From Raillietiella orientalis (Eukaryota), in NCBI GenBank assembly GCA_036172245.1, contig JAYWIR010000016.1:2914001-2978000 (forward strand): a stretch of DNA of 64,000 bases. Direction: 5' to 3'. This document shows positions 51,768 through 64,000 of this stretch, piece after piece. The stretch's first letter is position 1. Each line of letters opens with the position of its first letter. The notes below the pieces were generated by a model. The model saw only the letters and a program-made list of their open reading frames with translations. It was not told the DNA's origin and made no database searches. The translations under genes were made by a program, and so were the position numbers.

Positions 51768-53213
51768 GATGCATGAGTATCTTTTCAATGATTTTCTAAA
51801 GAAGCAAGGTATATATGATTGAGTAAATAGCAATAAAAACTTGGCAATCTGAAGTTTTCACTCCAAGCTGCTCTCTAGTTTTTTTAATTTCAATCCACAA
51901 TGCGGCTCAAAATTGCCGTACAATTTCATCCGTTCTCCAAGAAACCATTACATTTGCCCAGTAATACTACAGGGTAACAGGTTAACACCTCCTCATCCTT
52001 ACCCAAGGAAACCCACATCCCTTGAAACCACATCTTGCAAAAACTAAATACAGCCGGTGACGCGTACATTGAACCACTTCCTATTTTATTCAGACCATGC
52101 CTCCTTCGTAATGCACACAAGTTATACAACATTTATGCTTGAATAATTAAGCTGATAATCGGATAGGCAGCCACGATTAGAAATTACTTCCCAAATGTTT
52201 GAATACATTTGTAATCGAAATAACGAATTTCTGATAACCATATGATTTTGTGGTCATGAAAAAAAAGCATTTTCCTAATGTACTGCTTGCAGTGCTCGGA
52301 TAAACAGACGTTGATTTTTTTTGTCCTCCATATCACCAACGAATTTTCCGCATCCTCAAATATTTCTATCTGATAGTGGGATCTTAATCGATACCATAAA
52401 TTATCCTAATGACGTGGGAACATCATCTACATTGTTTGGGGACTTTATCGTGCTTCCGTCTTGTACCACAAATACAATTTCTATAAATTTTCTGATGGCG
52501 ATTGACCAATTAAAAACTCTATCCAAAATAAGGTGTAAAAACAATTTATGTCAGCTGTAGACACTGAAGAGTGGGAGAGCAAGGACTCTGAAGTTTCCAT
52601 CAAAAATTATGCTATTTTAGAATCTCTTCAAGGACTCTTACATGTACAGCCCATTTAGTACTATTACTAGCTGATTTCCTAGTTAAGTACCAACCAACTG
52701 CTTCATAACCACCGCTATGCAATAGCGGCATTTGTTAAATTTGATGATTTTCCACATAAGCCACTGAAATGATTCCGTTTAGGCATAGAATTGAGTTTTA
52801 TGGCACCGAAATTCCATTTTTGACGATTGCATGCCGCAAACGGTATATATTCATACTAATAAATATGACTAAAATATATGATCATAAAATATATGATCGC
52901 AACAATATATGCCCAAATAAATATCCCTTGTGGAAGAGCTGTATGCTTCAGTAAAAAATACATAAATAAGGGGTTGATCAATACCTTGTTAATCGCTAAG
53001 GTTTCAAGACTGTGATGAGGAGATTTTGAAAGATATAGTAATTATAAGGAACTTACTTAATTAAAAGCAGAGTTCCAAAATTGCTTGTATGTTTCAAAGC
53101 TTATGTAGGGAGCGTAAAACCACATGAGTTTTGTGTTTTTTACATCTACATTCCTTTATACGCAAACGATACTTCTAAAAATCTTTAATATTTAGAATTC
53201 GTACCAGCATTCG

Positions 53214-56151
53214 CTTGTATGTATTTATTTATTTTTTTTTCCCAGGTCCCACAAGGGGTGGGGTAAATTTATTTTCATTTTTTTAATATCATTCACACTA
53301 CAGTCACATTCATACAATACACTACTTGTTCTGTATTCACTGGAAGTCCTTGGGATTCACTGAAGTTCTGCACTTAGGGTGGGTATGCGGGCGTTTGGTC
53401 CCGGGCGTCGTCTTCAATCCTCTTAAGGATGAGTCTGTACGTCCAGGCTGCTCGTCTTCCACAATTTCTTATGCCGATTTCCTTCTTCAGGAGTCCTTGC
53501 AGGATCTCCATCGGAGGTGCGGCTCTCCTGGCTTTCCTCATCTTCCACCACCGCACCAGAATGGCAGTGATGAAGAGGGCAATGGTCGTCCTCACCATGG
53601 GATTGTAACAAGGAACATTACCATCTCCCTGAAACATCCCGGCTAGGATCTCCATCGTGGAACTGGTGGTGCGTCCAATGATCCGTTTAAGGATCAGTCA
53701 GTCGTGGAGCAATGTGGGACACGTCAGGATGTGAAGTCTGGTATCCGTGTCTCCACATGCTGGGCAGTCTTCGTCTCCTCTTCTTCTTGTGAAGTACTTT
53801 AGTCTGGACCCGCTCAGGATTCCTCCTTGATAAAACATCAGGAGGTTGTCCTGGCTGTCCGGCGGAAGGTCACTCCTCCATAGGGTCGTGCCGATCACCA
53901 ACAGGTTGATCCTGTTGCTTCCGTAGCGATTGGCCACTTCCTGGAGGGTACTGGTGTCTTCATCTTGATCCTTTATCATTCTTCGGAGGTTTGTTTTCGT
54001 TACCCTGGACCACGCAAAGTCATCGTGGTTTATCCACACTTCGCGGGTCCGGTGGGTGAACCTACCTAGCATCTTCTCGATATACCGAAGTATACGAACA
54101 TGATGTAGGTGGCCTCCTTTTCTCCATTCCTGGATTCGTTGCAAGGTAACTCTGTGCCGCCGGTAGATCCATCCTCGGGTATCGTCCGGGACCGGAAGCA
54201 TCCAAGGGATCACGAGGATGGACTCCTGTTGCCAGAGTTCCCTGCTTCTTGGCACGATCTTGATCTTGTACTTTCGTACCAGCAGTTGTTTCCTCCTCCA
54301 GGTCGGGTCGATGGCCATCCACTCCCCTACTCGGCCTAGCAGCGCAGTCATCAGACCTTTCGAGTTGTTAAGCAACATCGAGTAGGCCCTATGCGCCGCG
54401 TACGGCCAGTGGTCCCATTGTTCGGCGATATCCAGGATGTGTCGCGTGTCCATGATTGCCATGGAGTGTGCAAGCGACTTCATCCCGGTTCCACCTTCTT
54501 CTTTGGGACGACATAGGGGTTTCAAACGAACTCTTGGGCGATATTTGCCCCATAATGTCTTCCTTTGCAGTTTTTCCAGCTCCCTCGAGGTGTCCCTTTT
54601 CACTCTCGCAAAGGCCGCCCCGAAGAGCACCTTAGGAAGGAGGACTCCATTCCAGAGGTTGGCCTTGCGTTTCATTCCAAGGTCCTGTCGGGTGTACTTC
54701 GCTGCCTCTTTCGCCGTTTTCCCCAGGGTTTCATCCCACAAAAGCTTCGACGCAGGGCCGTCGCCAATGTAGACTCCCAGGTATTTGGCTGTGTCCACCG
54801 TTCGGAATCCTCTCCCCGTGAGGACGGAGAGGTCCAGGATTCCGACGGGCAAAAGTTGGCTTTTCCTTGCATTGATCTTTAATCCTAGTCCTTCTTCCAT
54901 GAGCGTCACCACTTCCAGGGACGCACGCTGATTTCGTTCTCCTTTGATGAAGAAGAGAAGGTCATCAGCGTACGCCTGGTGGGTGAGCCGCTGGTCGCCG
55001 ATCTGGATGCCTTGGAGGCGTCCACTCTTCTCGATGTACGAGGACAGCGCCTCCATGTAAATAACGAACAGCATAGGACTTAGCGAGTCGCCCTGGCGGA
55101 CTCCTCGTTCCATCCTAATTGCTGTCGTGTCTTCGCCGTTGATCTTGATTCGGCAGTACTGGTTCTCGAGTACCAATCTCACGAAGGTGCTGAAGTATTC
55201 CGGAAGGCCCAGCTTGTCCAGAATCTTCAGCAGCATCCCATGGTCGATGGAGTCGAAAGCCTTCTCCATGTCAGTGAACACCAGCACCAGGTCCTCGCCG
55301 ACGTACCGGCTGAGTCCCACGGTGGCCTGGGCACACTTGACATTGTCCAACATGTGGCGTCCGGGCACAGCACATGTTTGGACCGGAGAGATGAGCTTCG
55401 GCATGACCTTGCCTAAGCGGTTGGACCAGATCTTCGCCAGCCATTTGGCATCGGAGTTTAGGACGGAGATTGGCCTCCATTGGGCGACCTGCGTGAGGTC
55501 GCTCCTTTCGGCAACAATCTCATCCGACTCTCGTAGAAGGACTCGGGTAGTCTTCCTTCTTCACGGATGCAGAGGGTGAGCTGATGGAACAAGCGCAGGT
55601 AGGCGTGCAGGTACCGCTGATAGTGCGTGATGGGTACACTATTAGGGCCCGCTGCCACGTCCTTCCGCAGTTGCCCAAAAGCCGTTTTCACCTCATCTTC
55701 GGAGAAATCCTCCTCCAGTTTGTCTCTCTGGAGATCGCTTGTCCTCTTCTCGAGGTAGCTCAGGAAAGTTCTCTGCATAGACTTGCACGTGTGTTGCCGT
55801 CAGAAGTGTTCTTCGTAGTCCTGATGGAATGCTCTTACGATGTCTTCCGACGTGTGCCGTTTCTGGCCGCCGTACTGGATGCAGAAGATGTCTGTCGCCA
55901 GATTCTTCTTTTCCAGCACGCCGACCTCCCCTTTCACATTATTGAAGACGTACCGACTCTCGTACTGATCGTAGTACTTGGAGAGGGAGCGGTCTTGGAT
56001 GTTGAGCTCCTGGTACGCTTCTTGCCTCAGTCGCTTGCAAAAGTACTGCATGTTGCAGAACAGGTGGATCCGATGCTTCAACCTGTCCCAGTCGGCGACT
56101 ATGCGGATGGTGGTGTCCCGCAGAATCGCCTTGTATGCATTTATTTATTTT
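53214..56151 (-). mobile_element. 5'-truncated non-LTR retrotransposon (L1/Tx1-like LINE) with poly(A) and 22-bp target-site duplication
   Basis: RT motifs (DMEKAFDSI, GVRQGDSLSPMLF, YADD, KYLGV) and a C-terminal CxxC..H...C knuckle. T-run at 53232-53240 is poly(A) on the minus strand. Flanking direct repeats are CTTGTATGTATTTATTTATTTT (53214-53235) and CTTGTATGCATTTATTTATTTT (56130-56151). The element is visibly more GC-rich than its flanks. Confidence 0.93.
53374..56081 (-). pseudogene. Disrupted LINE ORF2 (reverse transcriptase; endonuclease domain absent)
   Basis: Four collinear ORF pieces separated by an in-frame TGA at 55800-55802, a frameshift near 55503 (LLPKG / DLTQVAQWRPIS) and an in-frame TGA at 53698-53700. 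Confidence 0.88.
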
Positions 56152-57005
56152 CTGTGATCATTGAGCATAAACAACAGTCAGCTCTGATTTGTATAAGTGG
56201 CACAATATTTATTGAAATGTCATGAAACCTTTCTGTTTATGTCAATGGATGAAAAATGTAACTAACCAAGGAATTAAATTAAATCAAAAATGAAGAAAAA
56301 TGAATCTAAATAAGTAGAAAAAATATTGCAGCAAAATTTGATCAACGACTATAGAATAAAACAAAATATGTTATGCAATATTCATTACGCATTTTCTAAA
56401 AAAATTACTTCATATACGGAAATATGTGGATAGTAATACGTAAATAATGTTCGACCAGGCTAACTTGTAGCTATTTAATAGCTTTATCTTCATCTTTTAG
56501 GTTTGTGCATTCTTCTGAGCTTATTTTGGTAGAGACTGTTGAATATCTATGCACAGATTTTGCAACAAATTAAAGCCAGCATTTCAGGGATGTTTACACG
56601 TATAATTTCATCAAACTGATGGATCTTGGATTTTAAGAAAATCTGTTTCTGTTATCTTGAAATTTTTATATTGCTAATTCGTTATTGGTATCATGGTAGT
56701 TCTACCCTTTAATTTGAGTCTGCACACGTGCTGTGCTGTGCAATCCGGTTTCGTACTTAATGCATCTAAAGATAGCAGTTGGATGGTAAAAAAAAAAGAA
56801 AAAAAAGGTGTTGACGGTTAATTTAATTAAATTCATTGTAATTTTAGGGCTTTGATATTAAGTTGTGGTAGTATTGCTCTCTATGAAGCTAGAAAGCGTG
56901 TCGATGCAAAAAGGAAAATGAAATCCAAAAATAGTGATTCGAACTAAATTAAGAAAAGGTGATTCTTAATTGGAAGGGCATGTTTGATACCCAATAATAT
57001 AAAGC

Positions 57006-57290
57006 ATGTCGTTGCCACAGCTTGATGCATCAAAACTTAAGCTTGTCCAAGAGCTGGAAATTGAGATGATGTCGGACATGTACAATAGAATGATATCATC
57101 CTGCCATAAAAAGTGTATTCCTCCAAAGTATTTGGATGCAGAACTGAATAAAGGAGAAAGCGTCTGCTTAGATAGGTGCGTCGCAAAATATTTAGAAATA
57201 CATGAGCGAGTAGGTAAAAAGTTAACACAGTTATCTATCCAGGATGAAGAATTGATCAAGAAATTACAAGCAGACCAATTGCCAAAATAA
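57006..57290 (+). CDS. TIMM10: Mitochondrial import inner membrane translocase subunit Tim10
   Basis: 94-aa ORF with [21 protein letters not shown]...[17 protein letters not shown]; twin CX3C motif. The CDS is intronless and AATAAA follows. Confidence 0.97.
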   Translation: MSLPQLDASKLKLVQELEIEMMSDMYNRMISSCHKKCIPPKYLDAELNKGESVCLDRCVAKYLEIHERVGKKLTQLSIQDEELIKKLQADQLPK

Positions 57291-57814
57291 TTTGTGTGAT
57301 AGTTTCCGTAATTTTATGGGTCCAGTAATAAAAATAATGAAAGATAAAATGATAATATTTTAATATGTTATCTGTGTGATTTATTATTTTTCTAGAATAT
57401 TAGTTGTATTCAAGCAGTTTGAGATGATTGAAGCATAAAGCTATAAGCTTAAAAAATCTCTAATCTAGAGCAGTTCCTTTTTTGTTACCGAAATAAAAGT
57501 TTTCATTTTTGGTATTAACCCATAATTACACAAACAATTTGAAATTATTTTCTCTTGCTGTGTGCATCTTGATAACACATAAACTTCTCAAAATGTCTCT
57601 ACTTGACACTTAAGAAGATTCTTGGTAAATTCCAAATATGCTTGCTCTGTGGAACTGTGCAAATCATGCTTCAAAAGTGTTATTGTTTGTGTGAAGTCGA
57701 GATGACTTCATATCAATGGAAAACTTTTTTAAACAGATGACTGATTGACTGATGTCTGCATTCGCTGTAAGCTTAGTTTGTTGATTTCTGTATAGTGTAT
57801 CAATTATGCAGTAG

Positions 57815-59016
57815 ATTTCAGATGAGGCTTCAGTTCAAGAACATTGTGATTGCCAAATTCATTGGGATCACTTGGTTCCAAAGATCGAAAATGTGCTTAA
57901 CAAATTTAAAAATTCTGCCTGTTTAAGTGAGCAACTTCATGATTGTAACCACGAAGGAACTACAAAACTGGAGGAAGACGTTTTCCTTAATGATGGTATG
58001 CTGAAACTATCAGCTTATTTGAAAGCAAGGAACACTCTCATTTGTTTCAAAACAAAAAAACAAAAAAAACGCTGATATATTCATAATTGAGTTCAAAGAA
58101 AGATAAAATCTATGGAAATCTATTTGTAATGATATTTTATTTAATGATTTATGATAAATAAGTACAAGTGTGTCATTCAGGTTAGATTATTGATGATTTT
58201 GGATAATGAGTGAATGATTGGAGACAAAAACTAAAAAACAATTTGCATTTTATACAGTAATGATTATATTTCTAATTATCGGGATGATAGTATGCAACAT
58301 GATCATATTTATTGTTTTTCACAGTTAGTAGATTCCTTTAAGTGAGCCTTTGCTGACTGTACTAGTGTAGATGTTATTGATAAATTCTTTTGGCAAAATG
58401 AATTTTTTTTCTTTAGATGTTCTTTTCACTGCAAGCTTACGTTGTATGGGAAAGATTATTCTTCCAGAATTTAGTGAGCATTGTACAATTAAAGTTTTGG
58501 ATTGCATAAAGGATGTGTGTCTGGATTTTCATCAGCATTTGCCTGAGATATCTCTGTGGTTTGGGTTATTAAAATTCATTGTATTTTCTTGGAAGACATC
58601 TGAGATAAAGAGTCAGCTACCTATGATATTAAGTTCAATCAACATGGCAGCATGCAGCACCAGCTGGTAAACAAGTTTTCCAGATTTGTTTGAAAGCTAT
58701 GGGAATATATGAGAATTAAACACAATAGTTTGGGGTATTTGATTTTTTTTTTTAATTTAAAATATTTCAATTACAGTTATTTAGTTATTTGCTTCTTTGT
58801 TCTAGTACTCTTCCAATACTAGTTTGTGCTTCACCAGATATAAAACAGGGTTGCTGGGGTTTATGGCAAGATCAAAATTTGCATGCAGATTTTGAGATGC
58901 ATTGTGATATCTCAGTACCTGTGGACTACCAACATTTGTCTGGTAATAAAATTAATGAATATGGCAAAAATGGAAATGGTCTTTTGCAGTGCATGTTCTT
59001 TTGTGATGTGTTTTAA
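57815..59016 (+). CDS. Possible uncharacterised or degraded gene downstream of Tim10
   Basis: Exon-like ORFs in very AT-rich DNA (57815-58030, 58371-58667 ending at a GTAAAC donor, 58789-59016). Phases could not be joined cleanly. Confidence 0.25.
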
Positions 59017-62000
59017 GGAAATAATAATAGAGAAACAAATTTCAGTAAAATTATACATTGAAGTATTAGTTCTTACATCAGTACTATTAATTGAAGGGAT
59101 TGAATTGGATCTATTAAGAGCTGTGTAAACAGGAAGATTATTTGTAAATTTATTTATATTAATTAAGTAAAGTATGTCTACTTTACTTAATTTGTTTCTT
59201 TTGCATGTATCTTCATGTTTAACTGCTTGCTTTTATCATATTCTAGTTGTAGCAGCAATAGACTTGTAAAGTTTCTGTTTGATAAATGAATTCCAAATTA
59301 GCATAGGCAGTTTTGAAGTTTGTAAAGCTACTCATTGATAGAAAATTTCTTTTTGCTAGATTAATGTAAATGATGATGAACTCTGAAAAAGTCTTGGGGA
59401 CCATGAAAAAATAAAAATAAAATAACAAAACTGAAAACTTGAAAGTAAATTAGAGCTTCTAAGCATAACATTGAGGAAGAATAGTACCTCTTGTTTGGCT
59501 TTTTTTTGTATTGGAAATGCTTGATTATAATTGCCAGAAAGAACAAATGGATGGAACACATGAAAACTGTGTTTGATCATATGGTGTTAGAGGACTTTGA
59601 GATCATTTAGTGACATGAGCTATATGAAGGCAGTAGTAAATTGAATCTTATTTGTTATTTAGCTATATTGGGAACCAGGCGGGAAAGTACAAGTACAAGT
59701 TTTTGTGATCATTGGAATGTTTTTTGTGGTTATTTTTCTCATGCATTCCTATCAGCAGTTTGGAATTTTTAGTACCTTATAGCAAGTGCTAAGGTTTAGT
59801 CATAGGAAGAAGAGAAATATTTGACATCCTTGAATATTTGTTTTTCAGTGTAAAAACATTGCAAATACGCTAGTAGAGTGGATTAAGAAAGGCTGTCGAA
59901 CGAGACTTCAAACTATGTAAAGCTTCCCCTTAGGTAGAGAAGAAATTCTATTTCGAATGAAAATTTCCAAAGCTCCCATGTTTCTCCTTTTCTTAAGACA
60001 AGGGAAAGGAATTACAAGACAGATTCCAGTGTGCACGTCCAAATATATATTTTTTGAGTTTGATAAATTTGTTGATGATATATAGTCATAAAAGGCCAGA
60101 GTCATGAAAATCCAGTTGAGTTTACACTGCGTGCACTGCCAGTCGCTCTGAACGAAATTTATTGCCCCCACAGCCCTGTTATCAGTTTTTGTAATGATGT
60201 TGTGTTGGCATTCAGTGTGGATATTTTATTCAGACTTTTATTCATTTTGGATGGTTCGCGTTTGTGCGTTAATTTTGATTTTTTGGGGGGAAGAAACCTG
60301 GTTGGAACCCAATTTGATCACATTTTAATTGTTATCGAGGCTGATTAATGACTTTTTGCTAGATTAATGTAAATGATCCTGAATAAGTGATCCTGTGATT
60401 AATTTGGAAATTTGTGGGTACCTTAAAGATGTAGGAATCTTTTCTTAAAAACTTTCTTCTTCCTTGTGGAGCAATCAAGCATGTAAGTTGTGTGGAATTC
60501 TGTTCATCTGTTTACTGATTTCTTGTTTTTAATCTCATTGCCATGCATTTCTTAACCCCATAGCGATTCCGCGATCACCTTAATGCTGATTTATGAATGG
60601 AATGTCTTTAAATTGCGTACATCATGCATTTTCGCGTGTTTTCATCTGGGTCGCATCCCAATGTCCATCACAAAAAGGTGAACTGCATGACATGGTGCTC
60701 CCCCCCCCCCTTTAAAAAAAAAAAAAAATGTTTCTCGGGTTCTCAGGCCCCGTATTCTGCCTGGAAACGCAATGCTTTCAAACGGTTCCATCAAGCTCAA
60801 TCTAAACCAACCCATCGAGTGGTACTGAATTCATCCTGGGTAAAAAGTACCATTTTTGCAGACGTATTTGAAGAATGGGGTTGGTGCCGTGGGCATTGTG
60901 TTTCCCGGTCCCCATTACAAGACATGATTGACGGAGTTAATTGCCATCGGTGTTTATGATGCTCCCTTATGTCGTTAGGGTGGGTGGGTGGGGTTTGCCC
61001 ATTTGCTTTACGAAGAAGCATCAGTGTGCTGTCAGCAGCCACTGTGCAGTTCGTTTTACTCGGCCTCATTCTCCCGTTTTCGATTACGAACAGCGCGCAG
61101 TATGCATCCGTAAAGAATGCGTTCATCCTCCGTGTTTTCCTTCTCTCTCTCTCCTCTCCCCCCCCCCCTATCTTTTTTTAATTTGCGGCAGCGAAAGGAA
61201 TCAGGAAGGTGGGGGTCTTGAATTTGCGAGGCGTGTGCCTGAAAAGTGCGTATTTTAAGAAAGTTGCTTTGCCCGAGCAGCGCCACGTGACGTCACGCGG
61301 AACCAAAGAGTTTGCAGTACACGCCGGGGCTGATGCAGAGCTGTATACTCAGAGATGTAAATGGAAGGAACAACCTAATTTGATGCTGTTTACCGAACTG
61401 TAGACCGATTCGAGACGGTTCTCCGCGTGTTTTGAAATCAGGACACCTCGTGCCTACGCAATGTGCGATGTCGACCATGCGTGCGTTGATGAGTTGTATT
61501 TTTTTCGCAATCAAGTTTCATCCACGTGATGCCCTCAGACCCATTCTTTTTCAGGGTTAATCGACTTATCCAAGGGAATCTTCGTTGACTATAGTAACGC
61601 AAATCCCGTCGTGGCAGCAAGGTTTTGCTATGTCGCGGAGGACTGGAAGTTTTGCCCGTGGGATTCTGTAGTCGATTCGCTAGATTTCGTACTTCCGGGA
61701 CTTCACCCCTCGCTCCTGGTCGGCAGTTCGTCGGAACCGTTATCGTAGGAGACCCACGAGTTCTCGAGCACGCAGTCCCCACCGCAGCTTCATTCCGATC
61801 CAGGAGCTTCAGCCTTCTGGTCACGTGGTCTGCCAAGCCGTACGCGAGCGTCATCGAGACTTCCGCATGCAGCAGCTTTGATCCCAACAACTGCACTTCC
61901 TGGAGCGTCTCCGTGAACTTGCAGGGCTGCCGCACACATCGCCTACACTTGTCGAACGCAGCCCGGAACCTATTCCTGATATCCAGCAACGAAAGCCTCT

Positions 62001-62093
62001 CCTTGCGAAATGCACCGTCGGAGAACCCCATCAGCGGAGGTAGCTTTCAAGAGAGTTTCAGTTTTGCACACGTTTCACGAAGAACACTGAATG

Positions 62094-63484
62094 CTACCCG
62101 GCTGTTTGCCGTTGCGAACCTCGGGCGTCACTCGTGGATCGCAGGGAGCATTGGTTCGTGTGGATGTAGTGAATTGAAGTTTGAAAATTCGATAATGGGC
62201 TGAAGTTTTTTCTTTCTTTCCTTTTTTTCTTTTCAAGACTTCGAAGATACCTGTGGGCAGCTTTTCCCGGAAATGGATGCAACACGTTTAAGCCACTCCA
62301 CTCTTGTAAGAGTAGAATAACTCACGCGAGCGAAGAAACCCTACCTAGCATCAGAAACCCGTATCAGAGGAGCTGGAAGCTGAGCTGCACCCTTTTCTCT
62401 GGCGCCTGTGCCAATTGCTGGTTTCCGGATTGCAATACAATGCCGAAAAATCTCATTTCCAGTATCTGTGGCACCAATTTCTTCATAAAGTGAACTCGTG
62501 CTTGCAGAAAAAACGCACGGTTTCCGGGTAGGTGATTTCCGTGTTGGTACTTCCCCGAAAATTCCGTACGCCTTTGTAGCTTTTCTTGTACCTCTTTTTG
62601 CGCACCGTACGTTGTTGTCTTCCGTTCCGGATTTTCCCGTTGGGAGTAACCGTGGGAATTCTGCCGCCATCTCACCTTTTTTCTTCGCCCTATTTCCCCC
62701 CTCCCCCCTTTTTATCTTTCCTTTTTGCGAACCGAGCTGCACATGGAATCGAGAGCGATTGAGTGAGCAGCATTTAGTAATAAGAGCGTTTTGTTCCATT
62801 TTATTGAAATCAGGAATGTCCATTCCACTCCCTTCCTTCCAGTGCCTGTCTTGTTCCGGAAGGTTCGATTCGAATCCGGCCAGGTACGTTTCTCCTCCGC
62901 TCCTAATTACCGAGCGATTGAATAATTGCATTCGGTTTCCACGTTGCGCAGATGACCTCGAGTGGCCGTCGCGGTTTCTCTTCGAGCCCGTACTTTCTGC
63001 CCTGTGTTGAGCTGCGTTCTTTTAATTTAGCAATTTACTTTGGTCTGTCGATCTTTCTTTTCGGTCTGTCCACCGCCGTTCCACTTTCCAACAGAGAGGC
63101 AAAGCGGAAAAGGTCCGAAGAAATCGGGAATTCGGGGTATCTCAGCCTGTCTTCAGTGTAACGGAAATCCATAGGCCATAATACCGATTTTTCGAGTTCG
63201 TGGATCCCACAGAGTCTTTTGGTGACACGCGAAGAGTCACTGTGCGTTGGAATTCGTGGCAGCCCCGAGGCCCTCGTGGAGAACGCCTTTTGGTCGATGC
63301 CGTGCGTGGCACACGGGAGGCAGAAGGTCTTCGCGGTAGTGACCATGGTTTCCGTGAAGTCTGTACGATGAGCTGTTCTTGTGGGGTGCTGGAAGATTGT
63401 TTTCATCGTTGCTTTTGTGTATATCTGTCGGGCGTGAGTGGTCCGTCCGAGATTTGTGGTACTTATCGGGACAAAAACAAGCAA
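62094..63484 (-). CDS. Putative spliced orphan gene (at least three exons)
   Basis: Three ORFs (63035-63484, 62341-62931 extended to 63001, 62094-62250) join in frame through two phase-2 GT-AG introns (63038-63002, 62344-62251). Basic, low-complexity product with no recognised domain. Confidence 0.35.
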
Positions 63485-64000
63485 TCGTCAGCTTTTTCAT
63501 AGCAATAGTCACCCGGAGGGTTTATCGTGCACCGAGAAATCTTCTTTTTGCGTACGATGGCCCGGTCGTTGCAAACAGGTTGCCTTTTTTCTTACGTGTT
63601 GCATCTTTAAGTTTTCTCCCTCCTCTAATTTCCTGTTATCTGTAGTTTGACACGGTCGCTGTAAAAGTGTTTTCGTTCCTGAGGTTAGCTGGTGTCTGTT
63701 GGACACCAGCTGACCTCGCTCAGGTAGCGAGGTCGTTAACAGTTGGTGGCCCAAGTTCATATGAGGTAGTAAATAAGGACACCTTGAAGTGGAACGTGAC
63801 TCATGCCATGCAAACCCCCCGTCTTTCGCAATTTTTCATTGAGTAGCGAAGCTGAAAGTTTGTCTTAAATTCCCCCCCCCCCTTTTTTTTTTTTTTCGTT
63901 ATGGGGTTATAATCAAAGTCAGAGGCCAATTTTGAAAGCTTGCCTTCCTCTGAAAGCCCTTTTCTTCCGTCGTCCCAACAGGTGGACTGTGCGTGTGATC

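Noticed and set aside
53698..53700. In-frame TGA in the LINE ORF as recoding or an alternative genetic code
   Set aside because: The element also has a frameshift and a 5' truncation, and the M16 peptidase gene ends at TGA (45163-45165); ordinary decay is the simpler explanation.
59370..59440. Box C/D snoRNA (ATGATGA...CTGA)
   Set aside because: No terminal stem or recognisable guide; these motifs are common in AT-rich DNA.
62862..62879. tRNA/SINE B-box-like GGTTCGATTC
   Set aside because: No A-box or cloverleaf, and it lies inside a probable exon on the other strand.

Overview
Eukaryotic (animal, probably arthropod-like; the taxon is an inference) genomic DNA with spliceosomal GT-AG introns. 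There is no prokaryotic content, CRISPR array or recognisable rRNA/tRNA. Composition is a sharp mosaic: GC-rich at ~1-4.5 kb and ~6-28.5 kb, AT-rich at ~4.8-5.95 kb and ~30.4-60.5 kb. Well-supported features are a highly divergent KIF9/KIF6-type kinesin gene (+, 7054-10154) with degenerate P-loop and switch I/II motifs; two divergently oriented 4-exon FABP paralogues (- 11369-13323 and + 37020-37657), one in each compositional domain; a multi-exon M16 (HxxEH) metallopeptidase gene (-, 45163-51767); a 5'-truncated, decayed L1/Tx1-type LINE with a 22-bp target-site duplication; Tim10 (57006-57290); and a 13 x 28-bp minisatellite. Unexplained structures include a perfect 30-bp-stem hairpin (20613-20675), a perfect 131-bp inverted repeat (42174-42907), a pair of mutually exclusive hairpins near 63.7 kb, many long G/C homopolymers and several orphan exon-like ORFs. 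I cannot demonstrate a new biological system from the sequence alone; the Cys-rich putative pseudokinesin and the perfect fold-back elements are the best leads.
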